Positions 15,680 through 25,278 of a stretch of DNA of 64,000 bases are shown here, one piece after another. Positions within the stretch are counted from its first letter, which is position 1; the number at the start of each line of letters is the position of its first letter. The notes under the pieces are model-generated. The model ran no database searches. It saw only the letters and a program-made list of their open reading frames with translations, and was not told where the DNA came from. Location of the stretch: NCBI GenBank assembly GCA_030602375.1, contig JAUVZV010000001.1, positions 2,630-66,629 on the forward strand. The letters are read 5' to 3'. This DNA comes from Chloroflexota bacterium (lineage in GTDB: Bacteria > Chloroflexota > Dehalococcoidia > Dehalococcoidales > JAUVZV01). The translations under genes and the position numbers were made by a program.

Positions 15680-17506
15680 ATGATAAAACTGCTCTCTGGA
15701 AATGAAGCCCTAGCCTGGGGTGCCTACCATGCTGGTGTCAGGGTAGGTGCTGCCTATCCCGGAACCCCAAGCACCGAGATACTTGAGACCCTGTCTTCTT
15801 TTGATGATATCTACACCGAATGGTCAACAAACGAAAAGGTAGCCATGGAGGTGGCACTGGGGGCAGCCTACAGCGGGGTCCGTTCACTGGTATCAATGAA
15901 GCAGGTGGGACTTAACGTTGCCAGCGACCCTTTTATGGCTGCCTCAATAACCGGGATCAATGCCGGAATGGTCGTAATCTCAGCCGATGACCCAGGAATA
16001 CACAGTTCCCAGAATGAGCAGGACAATCGCCACTATGCCAAACTTGCCAAAGTAGCAATGCTGGAGCCAAGCGATAGTCAGGAAGCCTATGAATTTGTTG
16101 CCTGTGCCTTTGATTTAAGCGAACAATTTGATACCCCAGTGCTGGTGCGCACCACAACCCGTATTTCCCACGCCAAGTCACCAGTAAAATTAAATCGCCG
16201 CCGACCAAAACCGGTAACAGGGCTGGGTTTTAAACATGAGGCAGGGAAATATGTTATGCTACCGGTTCATGCCCGAATAAGACACCCACTCATTGAGGAG
16301 CGTTTAGTCAAGCTTAAATCTTATGCCGAGACCTCCCCCTTAAATCAGGTGTTTTGGGGTGAGCGCCGTCTTGGCATAATTACCAGCGGCGTTGCCTACC
16401 AGTATGCCAGAGAGGTCTTTCCAAGGGCTTCCTTTCTCAAGCTGGGTATGAGCTACCCTATACCCAAAAATTTAATCCATGACTTCTCTTCTCAAGTAGA
16501 CAAGCTGATAGTTATCGAAGAACTCGACCCCTTCCTTGAGGAGAATATTCAGGCGATGGGGATTGAGGTTGCCGGGAAGGAATTTATTCCCAGAGCAGGT
16601 GAGCTAAATCCAAGTATTATCGAGGCAGCAAGTCAGTGTGCCGGGTTACTGGAGAAAACTTCACCTCAGCCAAAGCTAGAGATAACATCAGAGTTACCCA
16701 AGCGCCCTCCCCTCCTCTGTCCGGGTTGCCCACATACCGGCCTGTTCTTTATCTTAAGCAGCCTCGGGCAGCGCTCCAAATTACCGGGCGCCAAAGACAA
16801 AACATTAAGGGAACCAAAGTTAGTCATCACCGGTGATATTGGCTGCTACACGCTAGGCGCCCTCCCCCCACATAGTGCCATGGATACCACCGCCTGCATG
16901 GGCGCCAGCATCGGTCAAGCCTTAGGCATAGAGAAGGCTGGCGTCAGAGATAAGGTGGTTGCCGTTATCGGTGACTCGACATTTTTGCACGCCGGCATCA
17001 CTGGCCTGGTGAACGCCGTCTACAACCAGGGGCAAATAACACTCATCATCCTTGATAACGGCACCACCGCTATGACCGGCCATCAGGATCACCCCGGCAC
17101 CGGTATTTCAGCACGGGGTAAAAAGACTAAAGCAGTGGAGCTAGAAAGTCTGGTCCGGGGCATTGGCGTTAGCGATGTCAAGGTAGTTGATGCCTTCAAT
17201 CTGAAGGCATTAAGGACCAGTTTAAGGAGTGCCCTAGAAAGCTCCGAGCTTTCCGTCATCATCGTCAGAGGTGACTGCCCGATTCATGTCCGTAAACGCT
17301 CTGAGCCTAGAGTCATCAATACTGATAAGTGCAACCAGTGCGGCATTTGCCTGCTACTTGGCTGTCCCGCCATTCAAAACGATAATGGGCATCTTCTCGT
17401 CAACCCAATGCTATGCACCGGACAAAGCTGCACTATTTGCCAGCAGCTCTGTCCCCAGCAGGCAATAGGCCCACAGTCCAAGATTATGGATAGGGTATTA
17501 AAGTGA
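15680..17506 (+). CDS. iorA: indolepyruvate:ferredoxin oxidoreductase subunit alpha
   Basis: 608 aa. N-terminus LLSGNEALAWGAYHAGV..YPGTPSTEI, a TPP-binding GDIGCYT/GDSTF region and a C-terminal CNQCGICLLLGCP ferredoxin motif. Confidence 0.9.
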   Translation: MIKLLSGNEALAWGAYHAGVRVGAAYPGTPSTEILETLSSFDDIYTEWSTNEKVAMEVALGAAYSGVRSLVSMKQVGLNVASDPFMAASITGINAGMVVISADDPGIHSSQNEQDNRHYAKLAKVAMLEPSDSQEAYEFVACAFDLSEQFDTPVLVRTTTRISHAKSPVKLNRRRPKPVTGLGFKHEAGKYVMLPVHARIRHPLIEERLVKLKSYAETSPLNQVFWGERRLGIITSGVAYQYAREVFPRASFLKLGMSYPIPKNLIHDFSSQVDKLIVIEELDPFLEENIQAMGIEVAGKEFIPRAGELNPSIIEAASQCAGLLEKTSPQPKLEITSELPKRPPLLCPGCPHTGLFFILSSLGQRSKLPGAKDKTLREPKLVITGDIGCYTLGALPPHSAMDTTACMGASIGQALGIEKAGVRDKVVAVIGDSTFLHAGITGLVNAVYNQGQITLIILDNGTTAMTGHQDHPGTGISARGKKTKAVELESLVRGIGVSDVKVVDAFNLKALRTSLRSALESSELSVIIVRGDCPIHVRKRSEPRVINTDKCNQCGICLLLGCPAIQNDNGHLLVNPMLCTGQSCTICQQLCPQQAIGPQSKIMDRVLK

Positions 17507-18138
17507 AGAAGCTAGACTTGCTGATGACCGGGGTAGGAGGTCAGGGGATTATCCTAGCCAGTAACATACTGGGTGAGGCTGCCTTAGCCGTTGGCTACGA
17601 TGTCAAGAAAACGGATACGCTTGGTATGGCACAGCGGGGCGGTAGTGTCATCAGCCATGTTCGAATAGCCCGAAAAGTGTACTCCCCATTAATCAAGGAA
17701 GGTGAGGCTGACATACTACTCGCTTTTGAGAAGCTGGAAGCAGCCAGGTGGAGTTACTTCCTTAAGCCGGGAGGGATAGCCATCGTCAATAATCTGTCAC
17801 AACCGCCGCTATCAGTCAACTTGGGAAATGAACGCTACCCCAGTGATGAAGAGATAACCAAAATCCTGAAGCAGGGTACCGACCGCATCTATTTTGTCAA
17901 TGGCTCAAGCTGTGCCACCAAGCTAGGTGACATAAGAACGCTTAATATGTTTATGTTAGGTTGTGTGTCACTTTTCATGCCGCTAAAGGTTTCTATCTGG
18001 AAGGATAGCACCGCTCAGCACCTGCCACCAAATATCCAAAAAATCAACACTATCGCCTTCAAGCTAGGCAGAAAGGAAATCCGAAGTGTCCATCTCAGAA
18101 AAGGTTCGCCAACTCCTAGCCGAACAGTCGTGGATTAG
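17503..18138 (+). CDS. iorB: indolepyruvate:ferredoxin oxidoreductase subunit beta
   Basis: GVGGQGIILASNILG gamma-domain motif. Its start overlaps the iorA stop by 4 nt. Confidence 0.85.
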   Translation: MKKLDLLMTGVGGQGIILASNILGEAALAVGYDVKKTDTLGMAQRGGSVISHVRIARKVYSPLIKEGEADILLAFEKLEAARWSYFLKPGGIAIVNNLSQPPLSVNLGNERYPSDEEITKILKQGTDRIYFVNGSSCATKLGDIRTLNMFMLGCVSLFMPLKVSIWKDSTAQHLPPNIQKINTIAFKLGRKEIRSVHLRKGSPTPSRTVVD

Positions 18139-19273
18139 GAGGATGTTTGAGGAGGGCGCTGCCCTCAAAAAGAAGTATGGTAAGGAGAACGTCTTCGACC
18201 TTTCCCTGGGCAATCCGGTGATGGAACCCCCAGCTGAGTTTACCCGGGAGCTGAAGAAACTGGCAGAGCATCCCTTACCCGGCATGCACCGATATATGGA
18301 AAATGCCGGTTATCTTGAGACGAGAGAGGCAGTTGCCGCCCAGCTTAGGCTTGAGACCGGTATCAAATTCACTTCAAGCGAAATTGTCATGACCTGTGGT
18401 GCTGCCGCAGCCTTAAATGTAGTTTTAAAGACGATACTCAACCAAGGGGACGAGGTTGTTATCTTTGCTCCTTACTTTGTGGAGTACCTGAACTATATTG
18501 ATAACCACAATGGGAGGAGTGTAGTTTTGCCCACGGATGATAATTTTGTACCCCAGCTGGATGCCCTTGAGGCTGCCATCACAGTGAAGACCAAAGCCAT
18601 AATTTTAAACTCTCCCAATAACCCCACTGGCGTTATTTACAGTAAGGACTTCTTGCACCAGCTGGGGGAGCTTTTACGCCAAAAAGAAGCCGAGTACGGT
18701 ACGCAGATTTTTCTCTTAAGTGATGAGGCATATCGCAAGATTATCTACGATGGGATTAAATATCCCTTCGCTTCGCACCACCACACCCAAACTATCATCG
18801 CCACCTCTCACTCCAAAGACCTGGCACTACCCGGCGAAAGAATTGGCTACATCGCCGTACACCCTGACATAAACCATAAAAGGGAACTGGTTGATGGGCT
18901 TGCCTACTGCAACCGGACGCTGGGATTTGTCAACGCCCCGGCTTTGATGCAACACCTAATGCGCCACCTACAGCAGGTGACCGTTTCCGTTACTGAATAT
19001 CAGCAGAAGAGGGATTTCTTATATCACCATCTTATCAATATGGGCTATGAGGTGATAAAGCCGCAGGGGGCTTTCTACCTGTTCCCAAAGTCGCCACTAG
19101 AAGATGATGTTACTTTGGTCAAAGAACTGCAAAACTCTATGGTGCTGACGGTACCCGGCAGCGGCTTCGGGACACCGGGGTATTTCAGGATAGCCTACTG
19201 TGTTGATGATAAAACCCTTGAAGGTTGCCTCACTGGTTTTAGAAGGGTTGCCCAGAAATTCAATCTAACTTAA
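18086..19273 (+). CDS. class I/II PLP-dependent (aspartate/aromatic) aminotransferase
   Basis: 395 aa. LSLGNP, NSPNNPTG and SHSKDLALPGERIGY (PLP lysine) motifs. Confidence 0.85.
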   Translation: MSISEKVRQLLAEQSWIRRMFEEGAALKKKYGKENVFDLSLGNPVMEPPAEFTRELKKLAEHPLPGMHRYMENAGYLETREAVAAQLRLETGIKFTSSEIVMTCGAAAALNVVLKTILNQGDEVVIFAPYFVEYLNYIDNHNGRSVVLPTDDNFVPQLDALEAAITVKTKAIILNSPNNPTGVIYSKDFLHQLGELLRQKEAEYGTQIFLLSDEAYRKIIYDGIKYPFASHHHTQTIIATSHSKDLALPGERIGYIAVHPDINHKRELVDGLAYCNRTLGFVNAPALMQHLMRHLQQVTVSVTEYQQKRDFLYHHLINMGYEVIKPQGAFYLFPKSPLEDDVTLVKELQNSMVLTVPGSGFGTPGYFRIAYCVDDKTLEGCLTGFRRVAQKFNLT

Positions 19274-19284
19274 GGATATATTAG

Positions 19285-19710
19285 ATGCCAGATGCAGAAG
19301 GCGGAAAAGCCGATAACCTTGCCGAACTAAAAGCTAAAGAGAAGGTGGAACCCATTGCCTCCTTCCTCAAAATGAGGTTAGTTGAGCTATCCCCGGGCTA
19401 CGCCAAGGTGGTAATGAAGCTAACCCCAGAACACCAGAACTTCAATGGTCTCATCTTCGGCGGTATCATCATGGCACTGGCTGACCAGGCATTTGCCTAC
19501 GCCTCAAATTCTTTAGCCTACCCCAGCTTTGCCTCCCAGTTTAATATCCATTTCCTTAATGCCGCCAAGGTAGATGATGAGCTTGTCGCCGAGTGCCGGG
19601 TAGTCAAAAGTGGTAAAAGGGTTGGTCTATCAGAGATAACGGTCTTAAATCAAGAGGGCAAGCTCATCGCCAAAGCCACAGGGACCACCATACCCGTGGC
19701 TGAGAAGTAG
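19285..19710 (+). CDS. PaaI-family hotdog-fold thioesterase
   Basis: 141 aa. HQNFNGLIFGGIIMALADQA is typical of PaaI/4HBT-type thioesterases. Confidence 0.75.
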   Translation: MPDAEGGKADNLAELKAKEKVEPIASFLKMRLVELSPGYAKVVMKLTPEHQNFNGLIFGGIIMALADQAFAYASNSLAYPSFASQFNIHFLNAAKVDDELVAECRVVKSGKRVGLSEITVLNQEGKLIAKATGTTIPVAEK

Positions 19711-19729
19711 GCAAGACTGCCCTCGTGTA

Positions 19730-19758
19730 TTGACAGAACCATCTTGTTATGTTAGACT
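19730..19758 (+). promoter_or_regulatory. sigma70-type promoter TTGACA-N17-TAGACT
   Basis: TTGACA at 19730-19735, a 17-nt spacer, and TAGACT at 19753-19758. It sits about 265 nt upstream of the ligase start. Confidence 0.45.
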
Positions 19759-19931
19759 GTGCCCTGTTAATCAGAGACTTGTTTAGAAAGCTAAGAGATG
19801 CATATTTATAACACCTTCCAAAGAGTGGAGAAAACTGACTTCATCTTTACCAGGCGCACCAGGGTGCGCTTGGGGGGTCTTGTTTAAGATGCATCGCAGC
19901 TAAAAATATTTAGAAAATAATTGATTTCTCT

Positions 19932-19965
19932 AGAGTACTTCCCAAGCGGGAGGTACTCTTGTTTT
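19932..19965 (+). terminator. intrinsic-terminator-like hairpin inside the leader (possible attenuator)
   Basis: AGAGTACTTCCC (19932-43) pairs with GGGAGGTACTCT (19948-59): 12 bp including one G-U, loop AAGC, followed by TGTTTT. Confidence 0.45.
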
Positions 19966-20024
19966 AAGGGAGGATTTCCCATAAATGGCTGAATATAAAT
20001 GAGCTAAAGAAGAGGGTGACGGTA

Positions 20025-21917
20025 ATGGATAAGTACGAGACTATCCCCAAGCTCATCAGGCACAACCATGAAAAATGGAGCCAGCGCACCGCCATGTGCA
20101 TGAAGAAATTCGGCATCTGGCAGCGCTATAGCTGGCAGGACTGTTATGAAAATGTAAAATACTTTTCACTAGGTCTAATGAGCCTTGGTCTTAAAGCGGG
20201 GGATGTAGTCTGTATTATCGGAGACAATGAACCCGAATGGTTCTGGGGGGAGTTCGCCGTCCAGGCAGCCAAGGGCATTACTACCGGCATTTTCGTTGAC
20301 TCTATCCCGTCTGAGGTGAAATACATTGCTGCTCACTCTGATGCCAAATTTGCCATAGTTAATGACCAGGAGCAGACCGATAAGTTCCTTGAAATCAAGG
20401 ATGAGCTACCCCAACTCAAGAAGGTAATTTACTGGGACCCCAAGGGACTGCGAAACTACGATGACCCAATTCTGATAAGTTTTGCTGAGGTAACTGCACT
20501 GGGGAGAGAATTTGAGAAAAAACACCCCGGTCTATTTGAGCAGAATGTAGAGCAGGGTAAGGGGGATGACACTGCCTTTATTTACTATACTTCAGGGACT
20601 ACCGGCCTACCCAAAGGAGCAATGATTACCCAGCGCGCCCTGATAAATACCGCCCGATGCTTTATTGACCGCTATCCACTTAATGAAAAGGATGATTTGA
20701 TTTCCAACTTCCCGGCAGCATGGGTGGGGGATAGCTTTTTTGCTACCATCCCCCATTTGCTTACCGGGGCAAGGCTGAACTTCCCTGAAGAGCCGGAAAC
20801 CATCGCCGAGGATACCCGTGAGGTTGGCCCCAACTTTGTCATCTATGGTCCCCGACAGTGGGAAGGACTGGTTAGCGAGATTCAGATTAAAATGATTGAT
20901 GCCCACCCCCTAAAACGCTTCATCTATAACCTTTTCCTGCCAGTCGGCCATAAAATTGCCGATTTAAGCTTTCAAGGTAAAAAACCCAGCCTGCTTTGGC
21001 GGGCGCTCCACGCCATAGCCCATGTACTCCTATTTAGACCACTTAAAGACCGGCTAGGCTTGAGTAAAGTCAGGTTTGCTGTCACCGGAAGTTCGGTCTT
21101 AAGTCTGGACACCTTCCGACTAATCCACGCTATCGGTGTTGAACTGAGGCAGAACTATGGCAGTACCGAAGCTGGATTTATCTCTTCTCACGGCAAGGGG
21201 GAAATTCAATTTGAAAGTGTGGGTCGGCCGGCACTCGGTACTGAGGTCAGGATAGCTGACAGCGGAGAACTTCTGGTCAGAAGTGACTGTATGTTTAATG
21301 GATACCATAAAGACCCCGAAAAAACCGCGGCTACTTTAATTGATGGTTGGTGCCACACCGGGGACGCTGTCCACATTAACCAGGATGGACACCTGATATT
21401 CCTTGACCGCTTAGAACATATGACTGAGCTAAGTGAAGGGGTCAAGTATGCCCCACAGTATATCGAGGGCAGGCTCAGGTTCAGCCCCTACATCAAGGAT
21501 GCCATGGTCATCGGGGGTAAGGGTAAAGAATTTGTCTCCGCCATAATCAATATTGATTTTGGTATGGTAGGCAAGTGGGCCGAAAGAAATCACATCCCCT
21601 ATACTACCTATGTTGACCTATCACAAAAACAAGAGGTCGCCGATTTAGTGCAGAAGGACTTGCTACGGGTAAACGGCTACCTTCCTGAGCCAGCCAGGGT
21701 AAAGAAATTTGTCCTGCTGCATAAGGAGTTTGACCCTGATGAAGCCGAGCTTACCCGAACCAGAAAGCTACGCCGGGACTTTATGGAAAAGCGCTATCAG
21801 GATTTGATTGATGCCATCTACCACCATGGGAAGAAGATAACCGTCAGTGCCCCGGTAACCTACCGAGACGGGAGAAAGGGAACGGTAAGCACTGCCATCA
21901 AGGTGAGGAGTATCTAG
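20025..21917 (+). CDS. AMP-dependent acyl-CoA ligase (long-chain-fatty-acid-CoA ligase-like)
   Basis: AMP-binding motif YTSGTTGLPKGAMITQ and a later GWCHTGD. ATG 20025 with a purine-rich SD is preferred over the tracked GTG 20016. Confidence 0.85.
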   Translation: MDKYETIPKLIRHNHEKWSQRTAMCMKKFGIWQRYSWQDCYENVKYFSLGLMSLGLKAGDVVCIIGDNEPEWFWGEFAVQAAKGITTGIFVDSIPSEVKYIAAHSDAKFAIVNDQEQTDKFLEIKDELPQLKKVIYWDPKGLRNYDDPILISFAEVTALGREFEKKHPGLFEQNVEQGKGDDTAFIYYTSGTTGLPKGAMITQRALINTARCFIDRYPLNEKDDLISNFPAAWVGDSFFATIPHLLTGARLNFPEEPETIAEDTREVGPNFVIYGPRQWEGLVSEIQIKMIDAHPLKRFIYNLFLPVGHKIADLSFQGKKPSLLWRALHAIAHVLLFRPLKDRLGLSKVRFAVTGSSVLSLDTFRLIHAIGVELRQNYGSTEAGFISSHGKGEIQFESVGRPALGTEVRIADSGELLVRSDCMFNGYHKDPEKTAATLIDGWCHTGDAVHINQDGHLIFLDRLEHMTELSEGVKYAPQYIEGRLRFSPYIKDAMVIGGKGKEFVSAIINIDFGMVGKWAERNHIPYTTYVDLSQKQEVADLVQKDLLRVNGYLPEPARVKKFVLLHKEFDPDEAELTRTRKLRRDFMEKRYQDLIDAIYHHGKKITVSAPVTYRDGRKGTVSTAIKVRSI

Positions 21918-21935
21918 AAAGAGGAATACTTAAGC

Positions 21936-22820
21936 GTGGCTGAGTTACTTCAATACTTGATTACCGGTCTAGCAGTGGGAATGGTCTATTCCCTAATTGG
22001 CCTGGGTTTTGTTGTCGTCTGGAAATCCAGCGGTGTCGCCAATCTGGCTCTGGGGGCAATAGTACTAATTTCATCCTGGTTTACCTACGGGATGCTGGTT
22101 CAGGCCGGGTTACCCCTCTGGCTCGGTTTCCCCTTGGTTATCCTCTTTGCTCTGGTTCTGGGGTGGGTAATTGAGAGATTTGCCCTGCGTCCTCTCATCG
22201 CTCAGCCTATTCTATCTCTAATCACGGTAACACTGGGATTAGCCTACTTTATTGAAGGACTGGTAAATTTCATCTGGCCCTGGAGTGTTGATGCCCTGCC
22301 ACGCCTCTTTCCGACTGAGCCGATCCGCATCGGCCTGGCGGTGGTCTCTCAAGAATATATCTGGGTGGCGAGTATCTCTCTGGTTATGTTTGGTCTTTTA
22401 ACCCTCTTCTTCCGCTACCATAAGATGGGTATTGCCATGAGGGCAACTGCTGATGACCAGCTAGCGGTGCAAGCCTGTGGTATTCCAGTGACCAAGATTT
22501 TCTCCATGTCGTGGATGTTTGCCTGTGTCGTCGCCGCGGTTGGCGGTATTCTAATCTCCAGCATTGGTGGCATTACTTATGGTTTGGTTGAAACCGGGCT
22601 TAAGTCCTTCTCAGTGGTGATCCTTGGCGGACTCGATTCATTCATTGGCGCTATTATTGCCGGACCAATAATCGGGCTGGCTGAGAGCCTTGGTGGCGGC
22701 TATCTTAGCCCTTATATCTGGGCCGGGGTTAAGGATATTATCCCCTTCATCATTATTATCATCGTCATTATTATCAGGCCCTACGGCCTATTTGGAGAGG
22801 AACGCATCGAGAGGATATAG
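21936..22820 (+). CDS. livH: branched-chain amino acid-type ABC transporter permease (LivH family)
   Basis: 294 aa polytopic LivH-like sequence. Confidence 0.85.
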   Translation: MAELLQYLITGLAVGMVYSLIGLGFVVVWKSSGVANLALGAIVLISSWFTYGMLVQAGLPLWLGFPLVILFALVLGWVIERFALRPLIAQPILSLITVTLGLAYFIEGLVNFIWPWSVDALPRLFPTEPIRIGLAVVSQEYIWVASISLVMFGLLTLFFRYHKMGIAMRATADDQLAVQACGIPVTKIFSMSWMFACVVAAVGGILISSIGGITYGLVETGLKSFSVVILGGLDSFIGAIIAGPIIGLAESLGGGYLSPYIWAGVKDIIPFIIIIIVIIIRPYGLFGEERIERI

Positions 22821-22824
22821 CCAA

Positions 22825-23874
22825 ATGAGTTTACCGACTGGAACCCGCGATTATACCTACGCTGAAGATATGGCTATTATTCGAACCAAGACCCAGTGGG
22901 CACTGTTTACTGGCTTTTTGATTTTCCTCTTTACTACCCCGCTTTACTTGGGTAATTACTGGCTGGGGGTAGCTAATTTAATCGGCATTACCATTATTGC
23001 TGCCACCGGCCTAAACATCCTGGTCGGATACTGCGGGCAATTATCTATTGGTCACGCTGGTTTCATTGCCGTGGGTGCTTACACCGCCGCCATTCTGACC
23101 AACCGGCTGGAGCTTCCCTTCCTGGTAGGGTTAATCTGTGCCGGGCTTACCGCTGGCGCAATCGGGCTTATCTTCGGCATCCCTTCAGTCAGGGTCAAGG
23201 GCTTTTATCTGGCAATCACCACCATCGCCGCCCAGTTTATCATTATCTGGGTCATCAACCACTGGCAAGTTACTGGCGGCTTTGTTGGTATCAAGGTGCC
23301 CTATGCCTCCATTGGCGGTTTTGTCTTCCGCACTGAGGCCAGCCAATTCTATCTCATCATGACCATCGTGGTGCTCTGTATCTTCTTTGCCAAGAATTTA
23401 GCCAGGACAAAAGTGGGTAGAGCCTTTATTGCCATAAGGGATAATGACCTCGCCGCCCAGGTAATGGGAATCAATCTCTTCCGCTACAAGCTGCTTGCCT
23501 TCTTTATTGGCTGTTTTCTGGCTGGAATCGCCGGTTCACTACTCGCTCACTGGATTGGTTTTCTAAATGCTGAGCAATTTAGCCTGACGGAGTCAATTCT
23601 TTATATCGGAATGATAATCATTGGCGGCTTGGGTACTACCCTGGGCCCTATTCTTGGGGTGACCTTTCTCCGCCTTCTCCAGCAGGTGTTAACCATGGAG
23701 GTTGTTCCTTTCCTGGAGAGCACCGTAGCCTTACCCGCCGGATTTGCTAGTGGTGTAACCCCGATGCTATTCGGTCTGGTAATCATTCTCTTCCTGATAC
23801 TTGAGCCGAGAGGGCTTGCCCACCGCTGGACGCTGTTTAAGTCATCTTACCGGCTTTGGCCATTCTCATATTAA
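22825..23874 (+). CDS. livM: branched-chain amino acid-type ABC transporter permease (LivM family)
   Basis: ATG at 22825 lies 4 nt after the livH stop. The tracked upstream extension (22690-22824) overlaps livH. Confidence 0.85.
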   Translation: MSLPTGTRDYTYAEDMAIIRTKTQWALFTGFLIFLFTTPLYLGNYWLGVANLIGITIIAATGLNILVGYCGQLSIGHAGFIAVGAYTAAILTNRLELPFLVGLICAGLTAGAIGLIFGIPSVRVKGFYLAITTIAAQFIIIWVINHWQVTGGFVGIKVPYASIGGFVFRTEASQFYLIMTIVVLCIFFAKNLARTKVGRAFIAIRDNDLAAQVMGINLFRYKLLAFFIGCFLAGIAGSLLAHWIGFLNAEQFSLTESILYIGMIIIGGLGTTLGPILGVTFLRLLQQVLTMEVVPFLESTVALPAGFASGVTPMLFGLVIILFLILEPRGLAHRWTLFKSSYRLWPFSY

Positions 23875-23946
23875 TAAAGGGGGTATAGACTAATGTAGTA
23901 CTTTTATTAAGGTTTCTAGACAATTAAACTCTTAAAAGGGGGTTAG

Positions 23947-25206
23947 ATGAAAAGTAAAAGATTATTGCTAGTAGCTGGGGGTATCCTTCTGGCAGTGGTA
24001 GTGGCAGTGCTACCCTTGCTAGGTGCCTGTGCCCCTGGAGAAAAGACTCTAAAGATAGGTATCACCACCCCAACAACTGGGCCTGCTGCTGAGAAGGGAA
24101 GCCCGATGGGACACGCCAACCTTGATTGTGTTGAATACATTAACGCCGAACTAGGTGGCGTCGGGGGATATCCTGTTGAGGTAGTGTGGCTGGATAATGC
24201 CTATGATGCTGCCAAAGGAGTCACCGCCGTCAAGAAACTTATGGATGAGGGCTGTTTGATGTTCGGCACTGCTTCATCTAAAATAATGTCAGCAGTCATG
24301 GAGACTGCTAACCGGGCTGAGTTTCCTGGCATAGCCTGCTTTACTTCGCCTGTATTATACCACCCACCACAGCACATTTACGGTCAGTTGCCTGACTATG
24401 GTGACGATGCTTTAGCCTTTGCTAACTTCTACATGGAGAACATCTGGAAGGGGTCAGGCAAACCCAAATTCGCCCTGCACCTCTTAAACAACCCCACCGG
24501 TTCCGGGGCTCGGGATGCCTTTCGGGCTAAGGCTGAGGAACTGGGCATTGAGATTATTGCCACCGAGGAGCATACCCCGACCACTATATCCGAGATGTCG
24601 TCCCTGACCCGAATTAAGGCTCTAAACCCGGATGTTTTGTTCATCTCCAGCACGCCGGCGCCAACTGCTGTCATCATCAAAAATGCTTACGCCCTGGGTA
24701 TGTACCCGGGAATAACCATCGGCTGTGCCCATGCCAGCTTCACCAAGGCGCTGATTGACATCGCCGGTGCCGACATTGTTGAGGGCGTTTATGGTACATT
24801 TCCTACAGTAATGTGGGGAGAGGATGTGCCCGCTATGGCCAAGATGACGGAATACTGCCAGAGGCTGCACCCCAAAGACTACGGCAACATGGACTATATC
24901 ACCTCGTGGGCACAAACTCTGGTCATGGCCGAGATTCTAAAATTGGCATTGGAGAATGTCGGTTATGATGTACTGGCTAAGGGTGATGTAGAATCCTGGC
25001 GAGCTATTGAGACCCAGGGCTTCCAGAAGCTGAAGGACTTTGATGCTGGTGGGCTTCACGGTACGGTAACCTATACCCCGGGGGACAACCGGTTAACCAC
25101 GTATAATAGAATCTATCAGATAGTAAATGGTGAAATCACCAACCCCAGCGACTGGGTGGAAGCCCCGTTCATCAAGTACGAAGGCTATGACTGGTTTGGC
25201 CAGTAG
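23947..25206 (+). CDS. ABC transporter substrate-binding lipoprotein (type I PBP, LivK-like)
   Basis: Lipobox LLGAC and the ligand-binding fold typical of Liv-type binding proteins. Confidence 0.8.
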   Translation: MKSKRLLLVAGGILLAVVVAVLPLLGACAPGEKTLKIGITTPTTGPAAEKGSPMGHANLDCVEYINAELGGVGGYPVEVVWLDNAYDAAKGVTAVKKLMDEGCLMFGTASSKIMSAVMETANRAEFPGIACFTSPVLYHPPQHIYGQLPDYGDDALAFANFYMENIWKGSGKPKFALHLLNNPTGSGARDAFRAKAEELGIEIIATEEHTPTTISEMSSLTRIKALNPDVLFISSTPAPTAVIIKNAYALGMYPGITIGCAHASFTKALIDIAGADIVEGVYGTFPTVMWGEDVPAMAKMTEYCQRLHPKDYGNMDYITSWAQTLVMAEILKLALENVGYDVLAKGDVESWRAIETQGFQKLKDFDAGGLHGTVTYTPGDNRLTTYNRIYQIVNGEITNPSDWVEAPFIKYEGYDWFGQ

Positions 25207-25278
25207 TTTCTTTAATTGGGCTACTTTTAAAAAAGAATAACTTATGTAAGGGACTCTGAAAAGGAGAGCAGGTTTAAT

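Noticed and set aside
19797-19886. 29-codon ORF (MHIYNTFQRVEKTDFIFTRRTRVRLGGLV) in the leader of the ligase operon
   Set aside because: It has no convincing SD, and it spans the first leader hairpin. I regard the region as RNA structure rather than coding sequence.
22690-22824. N-terminal 45-codon extension of the LivM ORF in the track
   Set aside because: It overlaps the livH 3' end in another frame, and its product is a low-complexity S/L-rich stretch. ATG 22825, 4 nt after the livH stop, gives a normal LivM N-terminus.
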